Shown here: one piece after another, positions 7,565-8,910 of the stretch
Layout: each line of letters starts with the position of its first letter
Position numbering within the stretch: position 1 is the stretch's first letter
From: Amoeboradix gromovi X-113
Taxonomy: Eukaryota; Fungi; Sanchytriomycota
NCBI GenBank assembly: GCA_018985225.1
Contig: JADGIF010000419.1
Coordinates: 1 to 8,910 of the forward strand
Length of the DNA stretch: 8,910 nucleotides
Direction: 5' to 3'
The notes under the pieces: generated by a model
Database searches by the model: none
Seen by the model: only the letters and a program-made list of their open reading frames with translations
What the model was told of the DNA's origin: nothing
Translations under genes and position numbers: made by a program

Positions 7565-8668
7565 ATGTCCCAACTTCAGAGCGCTTTAACTTCCAAAGAT
7601 TCTTCCATCCATTATCAATATGAAAAGTACAGCAGAAACAATCTCTTAAAAGATGAAAACTACGCCATTATTCAGCATATTATAGATAATTCATCAGATA
7701 TTAAAAGTGATATGACCTTAATTGCAAACAAGCATGGTTTGTTAAAAGCCAACATTTCTAAAATTGTGCAGCACATTTTAGATACCAAGAACCCATCAAA
7801 ACAGCTGTTGCTTGACCTTTATGAAATTACTACAAATAAAATTTATTTAGAAGGTCAATATGCCAAGATTGTTTTGGCACTTAGTAAATATGACCCTACA
7901 AAGCTACTAGATGTAAACATTGATACCATTCAACTCGATAGATATGAAAAGCTATGTTTTATTCTGCAGCAATTGGAATGTTTGTTGGCTGTGCAGCAAC
8001 ACAATAAAGTGGAATTACTAGCAAAGAAAGTGAATATGAACGTACTCAAAGATCATCCTGCTGAAAATAAAAGTTATTATCGTTTAATGGCCAATTACTA
8101 TTTGGCTGTTAAAGATTACTCCAAATTAGGTCTAGCTTATTCTACCTTGTACAAAATAGACAAGGACCAATCTAACTTGACTAATTGCTTTTACACATTT
8201 CTTGCGCAATACTCAATGGAGCAAGTTCTTCAGTTACGTCAGCTAATTGAATGGGATCATCCTTTTAAATCTTTTTTAAAACAGGTTTGTCAAAATGAGC
8301 TAATTACAGAAGGAGTCAAGTTTGAACACCCTTTGCTCCAAACCAGAATCAATGAACACGTAGCTTGCTTATTAACGTAGAATGTTAGAGTTATGAGTTT
8401 GTACTATTATAGAATTCATTTATCACATATGGCGTCATTGTTGAAAATGCCAATTGATCAGTTGGAGCAGATATTGTGTGAGTTGGTAACTAATAAAACA
8501 ATCGAGTGTAAGATTGACAGATTGACTATGGTTGTTAGATTTGAGAAACCAGAACACACAATTGGTGCATGGACTGAAAACGTTGATAAAATGTTGCAGT
8601 GCATTGATCAGGTATCACATTTGATGACAACAGAAGAGATGTTCCATAAGATTCACAATGTGGAATAA
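7565..8668 (+). CDS. RPN5: 26S proteasome lid subunit Rpn5/PSMD12 (PCI domain); exons 7565-8359 and 8381-8668; 360 aa spliced
   Basis: Motifs KIYLE..YAKI, EKLCFILQQ, RINEH|NVRVMSLYYYRI (consensus RVIEHNIRVISKYY.RI), KIDR...VRFEKP, W..NVDKML..I..VSHLM..EEM.H. The track ORFs 7565..8380 and 8393..8668 are in the same frame. Confidence 0.95.
8360..8380 (+). other. 21-nt phase-0 spliceosomal intron in RPN5
   Basis: gtagcttgcttattaacgtag: GT...TAG ends and a branch-point-like TTAAC at 8372-8376. Removal deletes the in-frame TAG and restores the conserved EH-N motif exactly. Confidence 0.9.
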
Positions 8669-8910
8669 ATAAAAACATGACTCTACTAACAGTTAAAGAT
8701 CGTATTCATTTCTATAAAAACATTCTTTTGCCTTATCCAGTTGTCTTTTCCTTCATTTACCGCTAATAACCTCAAACAAACGGGACATGCTCTGTAAAAA
8801 CTAGACTAGACAATTTGTATCGAAATTTCAAAAATAAACAGTCTGTATAGCTATTCTTTTGCCCTTTCATCCAGTCTTTATTTTAGAATTGCAGGATAAC
8901 TATTGACTTT

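Noticed and set aside
8378-8380. TAG reassigned to a sense codon (non-standard genetic code), suggested by the in-frame TAG in RPN5 and TAA-only stops
   Set aside because: More than 2,000 other codons in the window's genes contain no internal TAG or TGA. Readthrough would also insert 7 residues in a conserved motif, whereas a GT-AG intron restores it exactly.
8393-8668. Separate 91-aa gene in the ORF track
   Set aside because: It is part of exon 2 of RPN5.

Overview
AT-rich, very gene-dense eukaryotic nuclear DNA. The RPL30 sequence looks fungal/opisthokont, and the compaction suggests a reduced early-diverging fungus or fungal relative (inference). Eight protein genes are supported: an orphan coiled-coil protein (-), TFIIE beta (+), intronless RPL30 (-), an orphan signal-peptide protein (+), an orphan multi-pass membrane protein (+), a shrunken Orc4 lacking its Walker A (+), an APC11-type RING-H2 gene missed by the ORF track (-), and proteasome subunit Rpn5 (+). 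The two Rpn5 ORFs are one gene joined by a 21-nt GT-AG intron. The most striking features are: (1) the APC11-like frame has no in-frame ATG upstream of its RING domain, and the nearest ATG opens a 5-codon ORF ending in TTT-TAA-A, where a +1 shift enters the APC11 frame (alternatives: ACG initiation or a homopolymer error); (2) the ultra-short intron; (3) all genes end in TAA, mostly fused with an AATAAA polyadenylation signal. No RNA genes, CRISPR arrays or mobile elements were recognised.
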